Shown: positions 25,858-35,056 of the stretch, piece after piece
Numbering within the stretch: the first letter of the stretch is position 1
How the letters are laid out: every line of letters starts with the position of its first letter
Source: Candidatus Zixiibacteriota bacterium
GTDB lineage: Bacteria > Zixibacteria > MSB-5A5 > SM1-73
Direction of reading: 5' to 3'
Assembly (NCBI GenBank): GCA_029933635.1
Contig: JAOZNS010000001.1
Span: 1 to 37,884 of the forward strand
Length of the DNA stretch: 37,884 nt
Position numbers and translations under genes: made by a program
Notes under the pieces: generated by a model
The model's input: the letters and a program-made list of their open reading frames with translations, nothing else
Told to the model about the DNA's origin: nothing
Databases searched by the model: none

Positions 25858-27555
25858 TTAAATGATCTCCCCTTCGAAGGTATCCATGATCCTTTTTACC
25901 AATGGATCTCTGGGTGAGTTACCTGGACCAGAAGCCGACCTCAAATCTGTTGAGTTTGTGGGAGAAGGTAGCTTTGTCCCGCCCAGCTCGAATTTTAGCT
26001 CAACCGGTTGATAAGAGACCTCCCTCCAGGCTTTTTGAATAAGGTTATAATTTTCCTTTCTTTCCACCAGTTTTTTGTGAAAACTGCTTCCGTTGTGAAA
26101 CTGCACTGTAACAGTATCCCCCTCCATCATCACAACTTCGCCTTCTTTTAGAACACTCCACAGGGAGAGTTTGGTCTTTTTGATTTTTCCTAAAACCTCT
26201 TTCCAGCGTTTTTGCATCTCTTTTAATGAAAGTTTTGCAGCTTTGTCCGATGAGCCTTCTTCAACCTCTGAGGAAGCGGAATGGATCGTTTTTTTCCCCT
26301 CATCACTTGACGGTGGAAAGTGACCAGCTTCGCCCGATTCAGTAAAAGAAGTGTCCGATTTTGCCAATCCACCTGAGGCGACACAACCTGATTGTCTTTG
26401 GTCCAGAAGATTTAGCTTGCCCAGAACATCTATCAGACTGACCGAGGATTCCATCTTCAAAAGCTTCATCAAGGTCATCTCCAGAAGTATTCGGGGATCA
26501 GAGGTTCTCTTTAAATTTTGATTTAAGTCTGCCACGATTTTAATCATTCGAAGAAGATCACCTTCTAAAAAGGCTGTGGATTTCTGGTTATATTTTTGTA
26601 TGTAATCGTCCGAGAGGTCAAATAGCGTGGTCGAATCACCAGCCACTTTGCTCATTAAAAGATTCCGCAGATGCTGAAGCAGGCTGTTTACAAACTCGGG
26701 CAAATCAATTCCAGAATCGATCAATTGATTCAGCACCGAGATCCCCTTGGCGGAGTCTTTTTCTGCAATCGCATCGGTTATCTCAAATAATCTCTGCAGA
26801 TCCACCAGACCCAAAGTCTCACCGACCAGCTCCGAGGTGATTATCTTGTTCTGTCCGGATCGTTCTTCCACCCCGTAAGCTATAACCTGATCCAGAAGTG
26901 ACAGAACGTCCCTCAAGCTTCCATCTGCTCTTCGAGCCAGGATATATGAAGCCTCCTTTTCTATCTGAATGTTTTCCTTTTCAGCAATATCCTGGATGGT
27001 TTTAACCAGATCGGTCAGGGGTATCCTTCGGAAGTCAAATCTCTGACATCTGGAAAGCACGGTTTGAGGGAGTTTATGCGGTTCCGTGGTGGCAAACATG
27101 AAGATGGCATGGGCTGGGGGCTCCTCCAAGGTCTTCAAAAGTGCATTGAAGGCAGAATCAGAGAGCATGTGCACCTCATCGATTATATAGACTTTGTATT
27201 TCTGCTGGGTAGGGACGTATCGGATGTTCTCCCTTAAAGCCCTTATATCATCCACGCTGTTGTTGGAAGCCCCATCTATCTCCACCACGTCCAGACTTCT
27301 TCCGATGGTGATCTCTTTACACGAGTCACACCTATTGCATGGCTGAGCGGAGGGTCCTTCCTTGCAATTTAAAGCCTTCGCCAAGATTCTTGCCACTGTG
27401 GTTTTGCCCGTTCCCCTGGGTCCGGCAAAAAGATAGGCATGGGAGATTCGATTGTTCTGGATGGCATGTTTTAAGGTGGTGATGACATGTGCCTGTCCTA
27501 CCACCTCCTCAAAGGTCTGGGGTCTATATTTTCTTGCCATCACCAGATAAGTCAT
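25858..27555 (-). CDS. dnaX: DNA polymerase III subunit tau (gamma/tau)
   Basis: 'MTYLVMARKYRPQTFEEVVGQ', Walker A 'GPRGTGKTT', Zn module 'CNRCDSCKEI' and 'DEVHML'. ATG 27555 has a GGAGG SD. The longer track ORF (to 27705) reads into the SRP RNA flank. Confidence 0.93.
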   Translation of the reverse strand: MTYLVMARKYRPQTFEEVVGQAHVITTLKHAIQNNRISHAYLFAGPRGTGKTTVARILAKALNCKEGPSAQPCNRCDSCKEITIGRSLDVVEIDGASNNSVDDIRALRENIRYVPTQQKYKVYIIDEVHMLSDSAFNALLKTLEEPPAHAIFMFATTEPHKLPQTVLSRCQRFDFRRIPLTDLVKTIQDIAEKENIQIEKEASYILARRADGSLRDVLSLLDQVIAYGVEERSGQNKIITSELVGETLGLVDLQRLFEITDAIAEKDSAKGISVLNQLIDSGIDLPEFVNSLLQHLRNLLMSKVAGDSTTLFDLSDDYIQKYNQKSTAFLEGDLLRMIKIVADLNQNLKRTSDPRILLEMTLMKLLKMESSVSLIDVLGKLNLLDQRQSGCVASGGLAKSDTSFTESGEAGHFPPSSDEGKKTIHSASSEVEEGSSDKAAKLSLKEMQKRWKEVLGKIKKTKLSLWSVLKEGEVVMMEGDTVTVQFHNGSSFHKKLVERKENYNLIQKAWREVSYQPVELKFELGGTKLPSPTNSTDLRSASGPGNSPRDPLVKRIMDTFEGEII

Positions 27556-27580
27556 TTTTGCTTCCTCCAACTCAAGAACT

Positions 27581-27597
27581 GTGAACTGAAAACTGTT
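27581..27597 (-). repeat. 3'-flanking arm of the inverted repeat bracketing the SRP RNA
   Basis: The + strand GTGAACTGAAAACTGTT is the reverse complement (16/17) of 27925-27941. Confidence 0.7.
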
Positions 27598-27620
27598 AAT
27601 CGATCCCGCCCAAGGCGGGA

Positions 27621-27896
<276 letters not shown>

Positions 27897-27924
27897 GAAA
27901 TTGCTCCGCAATTTTGTAACAGAA

Positions 27925-27941
27925 AACAGTTTACAGTTCAC
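27925..27941 (-). repeat. 5'-flanking arm of the inverted repeat bracketing the SRP RNA
   Basis: The - strand GTGAACTGTAAACTGTT lies 28 nt upstream of the SRP RNA 5' end. Confidence 0.7.
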
Positions 27942-27949
27942 GGCAAAAC

Positions 27950-28296
27950 CTATCTCATAGTCTTCACTAAAGCACCTATTGACCTATCCAGAACATTGCA
28001 AGCTTGATAAGTTTTCTTATATTCTTCCCTTGAGAGGGATCACGCCTCCAACGCAATCTCCAATATAGGAATACGCTCGTAAACTGATCCTCTGGCCCAT
28101 CTCAAAAATTCTGAAACTCATTTTGAGTAAGCCCACTTTCTTCCGCGATATTTAAAGCCACCGAAGAAACTGCGCGTCTCAGTTGTGATGTCAATCCAAA
28201 AATCTCATCCTTGGAAAACTGCTTTGTTAGCTTATAAATAACTTTTGTAAACGCCAACGGATCTTTGTATACCTTCAAATTTTCGAAACTAAACAC
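27950..28296 (-). pseudogene. Decayed four-helix-bundle protein gene (23S rRNA intervening-sequence protein family)
   Basis: Frame 1 gives 'FSFENLKVYKD..IYKLTKQFSKDEIFGLTSQLRRAVSSVALNIAEESGLTQNEFQNF*'. The family continues in another frame as 'EFLRWARGSVYERIPILEIALEA', followed by an in-frame TGA, then 'SLSREEYKKTYQACNVLDRSIGALVKTMR*'. Confidence 0.6.
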
Positions 28297-28335
28297 AACG
28301 ATTTTTGCCGTCTTCTGTTTTCTGTAAACTGTAAG

Positions 28336-28367
28336 CCAGAAATTTGTCCACATGGACAAATTTCTGG
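28336..28367 (-). terminator. Perfect 14-bp stem / 4-nt loop hairpin abutting the tRNA-Ala 3' end
   Basis: CCAGAAATTTGTCC, ACAT, GGACAAATTTCTGG. It overlaps the last 3 nt of the tRNA. No clear U-tract follows. Confidence 0.4.
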
Positions 28368-28437
28368 AGCAGAGCGGATTCGAACCGCCGACCCCTACCT
28401 TGCGAAGGTAGTGCTCTCCCAGCTGAGCTACTGCCCC
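28365..28437 (-). tRNA. tRNA-Ala (anticodon CGC)
   Basis: The - strand GGGGCAGTAGCTCAGCTGGGAGAGCACTACCTTCGCAAGGTAGGGGTCGGCGGTTCGAATCCGCTCTGCTCCA folds by hand into a cloverleaf. It has the G3:U70 Ala identity pair and anticodon loop TTCGCAA. No CCA is encoded. Confidence 0.9.
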
Positions 28438-28482
28438 GGAAATTCGGTTCATGGCTCGTAGTAAGAACCGAAAAACAAAATC

Positions 28483-28510
28483 ATTATAAGGATTTTAGTA
28501 ATGAAAGCAA
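28483..28510 (-). promoter_or_regulatory. Putative promoter for tRNA-Ala
   Basis: On the - strand, TTGCTT-N16-TATAAT lies about 45 nt upstream of the tRNA 5' end. Confidence 0.4.
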
Positions 28511-28549
28511 GAGTTTTTTATTTTCTATTTCTGGCCCCTAACGTAACCC

Positions 28550-28580
28550 AAAAACGTGGAGGCAAACCTTCAGGTTCGCC
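28550..28580 (-). terminator. Putative intrinsic terminator after coaE
   Basis: The - strand GGCGAACC-TGAA-GGTTTGCC hairpin (one G.U pair) is followed 6 nt later by TTTTT. Confidence 0.4.
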
Positions 28581-28608
28581 CTAATGTGGGCGGAGCTGAA
28601 GCTTTTCC

Positions 28609-29211
28609 CTACCTTTTATGACTAATGATCTTCCCCCACACCTTGGTTGCCTTTTCTCTCAGCTCGGCTAATCCTTTATCATTCTTAATGGTATAGTCAG
28701 CCAGTCTCCTTTTTGCCACCTCGGGAAGCTGGGCTTTAATTCTATCCTGAGCCTCTTTTCGGGAATATCCTTTTTGCTTTTGCAATCTTTTGATTCTGTC
28801 TTCTCTTTTGGATTCAACCAAGATAAGATAATCCAATTGGTGTTGCAATCCCCATTCTACTATCAAAGCCGCATCGATCACCACCACCTTGGTATCTTTT
28901 TTCTTCAGATTTTTGATTCTTTTTCCCAGCTCCTCCAAAAGAAAGGGATGAACGATCCGATTAAGTTTATCTTTGGCTTCTTTTGAGGCAAAGGCGACCT
29001 TTCCCAATTTGCGCCGATTGAGCCTTCCTCTTCCGTCCAAGATATTTCGACCGAATGAACGAACCAACTGCTTGATGACTTTTTTGTTCTTTTCCACCAC
29101 CTCTTTGCCGATCTTATCGCCCGAAAGGATGGTGGCCCCCTTCTTTTGAAAGACCTTACACACCTCTGTCTTTCCACAGGCTATGCCTCCGGTTACACCA
29201 ATGAGGATCAT
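28609..29211 (-). CDS. coaE: Dephospho-CoA kinase
   Basis: 'MILIGVTGGIACGKTEV' P-loop, about 200 aa, and a family-typical 'IDAALIVE'. Confidence 0.92.
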   Translation of the reverse strand: MILIGVTGGIACGKTEVCKVFQKKGATILSGDKIGKEVVEKNKKVIKQLVRSFGRNILDGRGRLNRRKLGKVAFASKEAKDKLNRIVHPFLLEELGKRIKNLKKKDTKVVVIDAALIVEWGLQHQLDYLILVESKREDRIKRLQKQKGYSRKEAQDRIKAQLPEVAKRRLADYTIKNDKGLAELREKATKVWGKIISHKR

Positions 29212-29232
29212 AATTTTAAAATTGCCAATTTA

Positions 29233-29289
29233 CCTCTACCCCTATCTCCCCCTCTCCATCTCATGGAAAGAGGAATACAAAGGGGAAGG
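29233..29289. repeat. Intergenic hairpin element (copy E)
   Basis: CCTCTACCCCTATCTCCCCCTCTCC-ATCTCAT-GGAAAGAGGAATACAAAGGGGAAGG, located between polA and coaE. Confidence 0.6.
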
Positions 29290-29292
29290 CTT

Positions 29293-31980
29293 CTACTTTG
29301 CCTCCAGCCAGTTTTCTCCCACATTTATATCCACTTTGATGGGCACCTTCAACTGGATGGTATTCTCCATCTTATCCTTGACCATCTCTTTGACGAAATC
29401 CAGCTCATCCTTATGAACCTCAAAAACCAGCTCATCATGCACCTGAAGGATCATCTTCGATCTTTTATTTTTTAAATGTTTTGCAATGTCGATCATCACC
29501 ACTTTTATCAGATCAGCCGCAGATCCCTGAATGGGCGTATTTATAGCGGTTCTTTCTGCAAATTCTCTTTTTTGCCGATTGGAGCTGTTAATCTCAGGGA
29601 TGTATCTTCTTCTCCCAAGAAGGGTGGTGACGAAGCCTTGCTTTTGGGCCAGCTGGATCATCTGTTCGATATACTCCTTCACCTTGGGGTATCTTTTGAA
29701 GTATACGTCGATAAACATGGCCGCCTCCTGAGGGGTCATGTTGGTCTGTTGCGAAAGTCCATAAGCACTCACCCCATAGATGATAGAAAAATTGGTGGTC
29801 TTGGCAATGTCCCTCTGTTCTGGAGTCACTTGATCTATGCGCACGCCAAACACCTCACTGGCGGTGCGATTATGAATATCCTCACCCCTTCTGAATGAGT
29901 TTATCAGAGTGTGATCGCCGGAGAAATGCGCTAAGATTCTCAACTCCACCTGAGAATAATCGGCGGAAAGCATCAAAAAATTCTTATCCCTGGGTATGAA
30001 GGCTTTCCTGATCTGCTTGCCCAGATCGGTTCTTATGGGGATGTTCTGCAGATTGGGGTCAGAGGAGGAGAGCCTTCCGGTGGCGGTCACGGTTTGATTG
30101 AAGGAGGTGTGAATTCTTCCGGTCCTTCGGTTTACCAGCTTGGGAAGGGCATCGATATAGGTTGACTTCAATTTGGAGAGCTGGCGATACTCCAGAAGGA
30201 GTTGGGGCAAAGGGTGTTGTTTAGCTAAAGTCTCCAGCACGCCTATGTCGGTGGACAGTCCGGTCTTCTTGGCAGTCTTTCGCACGGATGGAAGTTTTAA
30301 ATCCTCAAACAAAACTTGGCTTAATTGCTGGGGAGAGTTGATATTGAATTTCCTTCCTGCCAGATCATAAATGTGTAAGGTCAAATCCCTTAGTTGTTTT
30401 TCCACCTGTTTTGATAACGTCTTTAGATGAGCCCTATCGATGGATACGCCGGTCATCTCCATCTCCGCCAGCACCTCTATCAAGGGAAGTTCCACCTCAA
30501 AGAACAATTTCTCCAAGGAGAGGAGGCTAAGCTTGGAACCGAAAATTTCTTTCAAGCGAATGGTGAAGTCAACATCCTCGCAGGAATAGTTACAGGCGTC
30601 ATTCAACGGAACTTCTGCAAAGCTTTTCTGTTTTTTGCCACTGCCAATCAGATCCGAGATGGGAATCATCTTGTGATCCAGATGCTCCAAGGCTAAATAA
30701 GTAAGATTGTGCTGTCTGAATGAGGGGTTCAAAAGATAGGATGCTACCATGGTATCAAAATATATCCCTTTAAGATTGATGTCATAGCGTCTGAGAACCT
30801 CAAGGTCATATTTCAGATTATGCCCCACCTTTTTTATGCACTCATCTTCCAATAAATCTTTGAGCCTCTCTGTCACCAGAGTCAGGTCCAGATTCTTCTT
30901 TAAATCAACATGACCAACCGGAATATAGTAAGCCTCCTTTTCTTTGCAGGAAAAGGATATTCCCACAAGTTCCGCATCCATGGGATTCACATCGGTGGTC
31001 TCCGTATCCAGAGCAAACTCGCCAGCCTTCCTTAGCTTGTCGATCAATTCTGTCAGCTCCCCTTCAGATCTTATGATCCCGTAGTTTACCTTATCCGACT
31101 TCTGAAGCGAGCTGATCTCCTGTAAGAACTTGGTGAACTCCAGCTCCTTGAAAAGCTCCTTCAGTCGAGGCAGATCAAAATCTTTTCTTTGCAGATCGGA
31201 AAGTTTAAATTCAAAGGGGACATTGGTATCTATGGTGACCAACCTCTTGGATAGACGAGCCAGATCTGCATGCTCCTTTAAGCCTTTCTGAACGTTTTTC
31301 CTCCTCACCTTATCTGCATTCCTCAAAACGTTTTCCAGACTTCCAAATTTTTTAATCAACTCCAAAGCAGTTTTCTCGCCTATGCCGGGGATGCCGGGCA
31401 CGTTATCCGATGGATCTCCCATCAAGGCTAAAAGCTCGACTACCTTCTTTGGGGGCACCCCTAATTTCTCTTCCACCCCCTTTATATCCAAGACTTCAGA
31501 CTCCTCTCCCCCTCTTCTGGGATTGAGCACCTTAACGTTCTCATTCACCAGTTGTAAAAAGTCCTTGTCGCCGGTAACCAAAACCACCTCCAAGCCATCC
31601 TTTTTGGCTTTCCGGGCTAAAGTTCCCATAAGGTCGTCCGCCTCGAAACCTTCCACCTCCAGGATGGGCAGATTCATGCCTTCTGCCACCTCCCTTATAC
31701 GGGGAAGCTGATCCGACATCTCCTGTGGCATCTTGGCCCGGGTGGATTTATATTCTTTGAATATTTCGTGGCGGAAGGTGGGCGCCTTGGTATCAAAGAC
31801 CACGGCAATATAATCAGGCTCCTCTTCCCTTAATATCTTTAGAATGGAGTTGGTGAAACCGAAAACGGCTGAGGTGTTTTCACCCTTGGAGTTGATCAAT
31901 GGATTGCGGATGAACGCAAAATAAGACCTGTAGGCCAGAGCAGACCCATCTATCAGAAACAGACGTTTTCTTTTAGGCAT
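29293..31980 (-). CDS. polA: DNA polymerase I
   Basis: 895 aa. 5'-nuclease N-terminus 'LFLIDGSALAYRSYFA', a 3'-5' exo-like region, and pol motifs 'LSADYSQVELRILAH', 'RDIAKTTNFSIIYG' and 'QVHDELVFEV'. Confidence 0.97.
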   Translation of the reverse strand: MPKRKRLFLIDGSALAYRSYFAFIRNPLINSKGENTSAVFGFTNSILKILREEEPDYIAVVFDTKAPTFRHEIFKEYKSTRAKMPQEMSDQLPRIREVAEGMNLPILEVEGFEADDLMGTLARKAKKDGLEVVLVTGDKDFLQLVNENVKVLNPRRGGEESEVLDIKGVEEKLGVPPKKVVELLALMGDPSDNVPGIPGIGEKTALELIKKFGSLENVLRNADKVRRKNVQKGLKEHADLARLSKRLVTIDTNVPFEFKLSDLQRKDFDLPRLKELFKELEFTKFLQEISSLQKSDKVNYGIIRSEGELTELIDKLRKAGEFALDTETTDVNPMDAELVGISFSCKEKEAYYIPVGHVDLKKNLDLTLVTERLKDLLEDECIKKVGHNLKYDLEVLRRYDINLKGIYFDTMVASYLLNPSFRQHNLTYLALEHLDHKMIPISDLIGSGKKQKSFAEVPLNDACNYSCEDVDFTIRLKEIFGSKLSLLSLEKLFFEVELPLIEVLAEMEMTGVSIDRAHLKTLSKQVEKQLRDLTLHIYDLAGRKFNINSPQQLSQVLFEDLKLPSVRKTAKKTGLSTDIGVLETLAKQHPLPQLLLEYRQLSKLKSTYIDALPKLVNRRTGRIHTSFNQTVTATGRLSSSDPNLQNIPIRTDLGKQIRKAFIPRDKNFLMLSADYSQVELRILAHFSGDHTLINSFRRGEDIHNRTASEVFGVRIDQVTPEQRDIAKTTNFSIIYGVSAYGLSQQTNMTPQEAAMFIDVYFKRYPKVKEYIEQMIQLAQKQGFVTTLLGRRRYIPEINSSNRQKREFAERTAINTPIQGSAADLIKVVMIDIAKHLKNKRSKMILQVHDELVFEVHKDELDFVKEMVKDKMENTIQLKVPIKVDINVGENWLEAK

Positions 31981-32034
31981 GATCCATCTTCTTTGAATGC
32001 AGTTTTAGATTGCAATCCAAAATATCCACTTTCG

Positions 32035-32063
32035 AAAATACCAACATTTCCCTTCATCGTCAA
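32035..32063 (-). promoter_or_regulatory. Putative promoter of polA
   Basis: On the - strand, TTGACG-N17-TATTTT. The -10 element lies 55 nt upstream of the polA ATG. Confidence 0.4.
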
Positions 32064-32244
32064 CAAAATTTACGTGAAAACGCACAAGGAGGTAAAAGAC
32101 AGTCGCAGGCTTTAGCCTCCCTGGTAGGTGAAAGAATGGAGATATTTAGCCTTTTTCAGAGATGGTTGCCTGATCCATCGACAAAATTGGGCTCGACGAA
32201 TCGGATAAATAGAAATGCAGGTCGAATGGTTTGATCAAAGAGGT

Positions 32245-32838
32245 CTATCCTCGATACAACCCTTCCTTTTTGATATATCCCTCCACCTTTTCCGGAACCA
32301 GATATTTAATGGAACGTCCCCTTTTTACCCTTTCCCTTATCTGGCTGGAGGATACATCCACCCCGGTTATCTCTACAATGATGCTTTTTTTTGCAAAGCG
32401 GTTTTGGGGATCAAATTCATCGAAGCCAGGCCTTTTAGCGATGATCACCTTGGCTAATTTGTAGATTTCTTCCGGATCCTTCCATGTATGTATTTCATCT
32501 AACACATCCGATCCGGTTAAAAAATAAATCTGCGATTTCGGATACAACTCATTTAACTGTCTTAAGGTCTCCACCGTATAGGAAAATCCCTTTCTTTTTA
32601 GCTCAATATCTGAGATCGAGAAGGAAGGGTTGCCCTCTAAGGCCAGCTGGGTCATGCGGAACCTGTCTTTGGCTGGAGAAAGCTTTCGACCGGGCTTGTG
32701 AGGTGGGCGGAAACATGGGATGAAGATAACCCGGTTCAATTTTAGTTTCTCCTTCACCTGCTCCGCCAGAACCAGATGCCCTAAATGAATCGGATCAAAT
32801 GTGCCCCCTAAAATGCCTATCCTTTCTTTTCGACTCAA
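32245..32838 (-). CDS. nadD: Nicotinate-nucleotide adenylyltransferase
   Basis: 'GILGGTFDPIHLGHL' (HxGH) and 'SSSQIRERV' (ISSTxxR-like). Confidence 0.92.
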   Translation of the reverse strand: MSRKERIGILGGTFDPIHLGHLVLAEQVKEKLKLNRVIFIPCFRPPHKPGRKLSPAKDRFRMTQLALEGNPSFSISDIELKRKGFSYTVETLRQLNELYPKSQIYFLTGSDVLDEIHTWKDPEEIYKLAKVIIAKRPGFDEFDPQNRFAKKSIIVEITGVDVSSSQIRERVKRGRSIKYLVPEKVEGYIKKEGLYRG

Positions 32839-32904
32839 TGGAAGTTTTTTCCCTTCAGGAAAGTTTATCTTTACAAGGTCAAAAATTCCTTTTGTTCTTA
32901 CTGG

Positions 32905-33684
32905 CTATGGGCCTAATTTTTCCTCCAACTTCTCCAATCTCTTCCTCGCCTTCTTGGCTAATTTGTGCTCTGGAAAGTTTTCCAAAAACTTCTGATATTC
33001 CTCCTTGGCTTTATCATATTTTTTCTGCTTATAAAAAACCTCCCCCATCTGGAATTGAGCCAGACCAGCCCATTGGGTATCATGATACTCGTTTAAAACC
33101 TGCCTCAGATATATCAAAGCCGACTGGTAATGTCCCATCTTATAATACAGATGCCCGGTCTTATAAGCCTTCTTAGCCAGCTTGTCCCTGCAGTTATTCA
33201 AAAGCTCCCCAGCCTCCTCCCTTCGGTCGCTTTCCGGATAATCGTCTAAGAAGTTTTTCAGCTCATCCAATGCCTTCTGGGTATGTTTTGGATCCAGCTC
33301 AGCTTTGGGCGACATCTTAAAATCACATTTTGCCACCATAAAGGCAGCATCATCGGCGAGCTGGCTGGTGGGGTAGGAGGAGAGAAGCTTGGTGAACTCC
33401 ATTATGGCTGACGGATACTCCTTCTGATTGAAATAGGCCATTCCCAGAAGATACTGGGCTGAGTCGATGAAGTTTGTTCCGGGGTAATTGAAGATTAGCT
33501 TCTGAAGCTCCATCACCGCATCATCCCAATGCTTTTTCTCAAATTCCCTTTTAGCCAGGGCATATTGCTCTTCAGCATCCAAAGCCATCTGGGGAGCCTT
33601 GGGTCCACAACCAAAGCCTATCAAAAACATACAAGCCAAGCAGAAATAAACCAGAATGGTTGATCTCGTTTTCATGTTTTTCAT
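32905..33684 (-). CDS. bamD: Outer-membrane assembly lipoprotein BamD/YfiO-like (TPR)
   Basis: Signal/lipobox-like 'MFLIGFGCG'. TPR-rich sequence with 'YALAKREFEKKHWDDA', 'YLLGMAYFNQKEY' and 'YYKMGHYQSA'. Confidence 0.75.
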   Translation of the reverse strand: MKNMKTRSTILVYFCLACMFLIGFGCGPKAPQMALDAEEQYALAKREFEKKHWDDAVMELQKLIFNYPGTNFIDSAQYLLGMAYFNQKEYPSAIMEFTKLLSSYPTSQLADDAAFMVAKCDFKMSPKAELDPKHTQKALDELKNFLDDYPESDRREEAGELLNNCRDKLAKKAYKTGHLYYKMGHYQSALIYLRQVLNEYHDTQWAGLAQFQMGEVFYKQKKYDKAKEEYQKFLENFPEHKLAKKARKRLEKLEEKLGP

Positions 33685-33702
33685 CCGATCAAGAATTTTC
33701 TT

Positions 33703-34410
33703 TTACCGGTTGGCAAAGAAAAGGTAAACAAGCCCTCCTACCACCGCAATCACCAAGGCTGGTTCTATGAACCGGCCATATGAATCCTCCGGCAGAGAAG
33801 GGCTCAAGAAGGGATAGGATTGGTTGTTTAGGGATTTAATCATTTTCATCTTTATTAGGTCTGAGTTGCTCTGTTTTTCTCTTCTGGTCCACAGCACCTT
33901 ACCGGTGGCGTTGTCCTCCAGCCTAAAGGACAAATTGAGCCCGGCATATCTGACCACCATCCTTTCTCCCAAAAACCCTTTTCTTTTGATCCTGGGGTAA
34001 TCCATGCGCATTTTAATGATACGATAAAACAGAGACCAGGATTCCTCCCAATTGTCGGGCAACTTCTCCGAATGTAAAGCCACCTGGTAATTTAGAGACC
34101 GAAGATGCCGAATGAGCTCCCCCTCAAGAAGCCAGTTGGCGGGATGTTCCTTTTCTGCCTTCAAGAAAAGAAGCTTGGAGGTGGTTTTGGGAAAATCTAC
34201 GAAAGCCCGCCTAAGAAGCGATCTGGTGGACTCTCGCAAAAACTCCTCGTTGGAGGGTGGATTTTCCTGAAGCGGATTTTCATCTTTGGCAAGACAATTA
34301 AGGGAATCCATCGATATAAGTTGAGCCAGAAGCCAGACAAGCACAATTCTTGTCAGCCGAGATCCCTTCACTCTAAAAGAAAAAGGAGTTTTAACCTTTG
34401 GACTGCTCAT
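33703..34410 (-). CDS. Hypothetical protein (N-terminal hydrophobic segment, C-terminal TM)
   Basis: 235-aa ORF with no recognisable motifs. The start is uncertain because the track start overlaps the upstream gene by 20 nt. Confidence 0.45.
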   Translation of the reverse strand: MSSPKVKTPFSFRVKGSRLTRIVLVWLLAQLISMDSLNCLAKDENPLQENPPSNEEFLRESTRSLLRRAFVDFPKTTSKLLFLKAEKEHPANWLLEGELIRHLRSLNYQVALHSEKLPDNWEESWSLFYRIIKMRMDYPRIKRKGFLGERMVVRYAGLNLSFRLEDNATGKVLWTRREKQSNSDLIKMKMIKSLNNQSYPFLSPSLPEDSYGRFIEPALVIAVVGGLVYLFFANR

Positions 34411-35056
34411 ATTTTTCTTTCAACTCCTTATATTTTTTAAGCACCTTGGACAGATAATAAGTGGGGAGCCTTTGACCTTGCTTCAATCGCAGTTTCAAAG
34501 CATTCTCCCCCAGATTGTATGCAATTATAGCCTTTTTCACATCCTTGAATTTCAGGATCAGCTCGAAAAGATACAAAGTTCCCAGCCGAACGTTAAAGGA
34601 TGGTTCAAAAAGTGAAAGCTCACCCCCCCAGTGTATCCCCCTTCTTTGAGAGAGGGCATGTCCCACCGACGGTTTCACCTGCATCAACCCTAAAGCTCCC
34701 ATCTCGGAGATCTGCCCCTTTCGGAAGGAGCTTTCGGTCAAAATCAAAGCCAAGATCAGCAAAGGATCATAACCATACCTTTTGCTTTCATCGTAGACGA
34801 CCTTGGTTAGCTGGGCGACCTCATGGTTCTTGAATCCCACTTGAAAATCTTCTATGATGTTCAATATCTTCAGCTTCTCCTCCAGCTCATTTATCTTCAG
34901 TTGTTGCTCCCTCAAGATACCCTGAAGCTGGTATCTCTCATGAATAAGATAGACGATGCAAACAGTCTGCCCTATGTAAAGTAGAACCAAAAGGACGCTT
35001 ACCAATTTGGAGACCAAAATCCCGCTTTTTCTGATAACCTTCACTCCCACTGTCAT
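34391..35056 (-). CDS. Membrane-anchored lytic transglycosylase (SLT domain)
   Basis: Catalytic 'LILTESSF' and 'GALGLMQV', with an N-terminal TM and coiled coil. ATGA overlap with the upstream gene. Confidence 0.8.
   Translation of the reverse strand: MTVGVKVIRKSGILVSKLVSVLLVLLYIGQTVCIVYLIHERYQLQGILREQQLKINELEEKLKILNIIEDFQVGFKNHEVAQLTKVVYDESKRYGYDPLLILALILTESSFRKGQISEMGALGLMQVKPSVGHALSQRRGIHWGGELSLFEPSFNVRLGTLYLFELILKFKDVKKAIIAYNLGENALKLRLKQGQRLPTYYLSKVLKKYKELKEKYEQSKG

Noticed and set aside
28024-28026. The in-frame TGA inside the four-helix-bundle gene as evidence for TGA recoding (an alternative genetic code or selenocysteine).
   Set aside because: Several well-supported genes in the window (for example Mrp and the methyltransferase) terminate at TGA at the expected protein ends. 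The same gene also carries a frameshift, so decay is the simpler explanation.
28297-28452. The N-terminal part of ORF 28102-28452, reading 'GAVAQLGEHYLRKVGVGGSNPL'.
   Set aside because: This is the familiar artefact of translating a tRNA gene. The region folds as tRNA-Ala(CGC).
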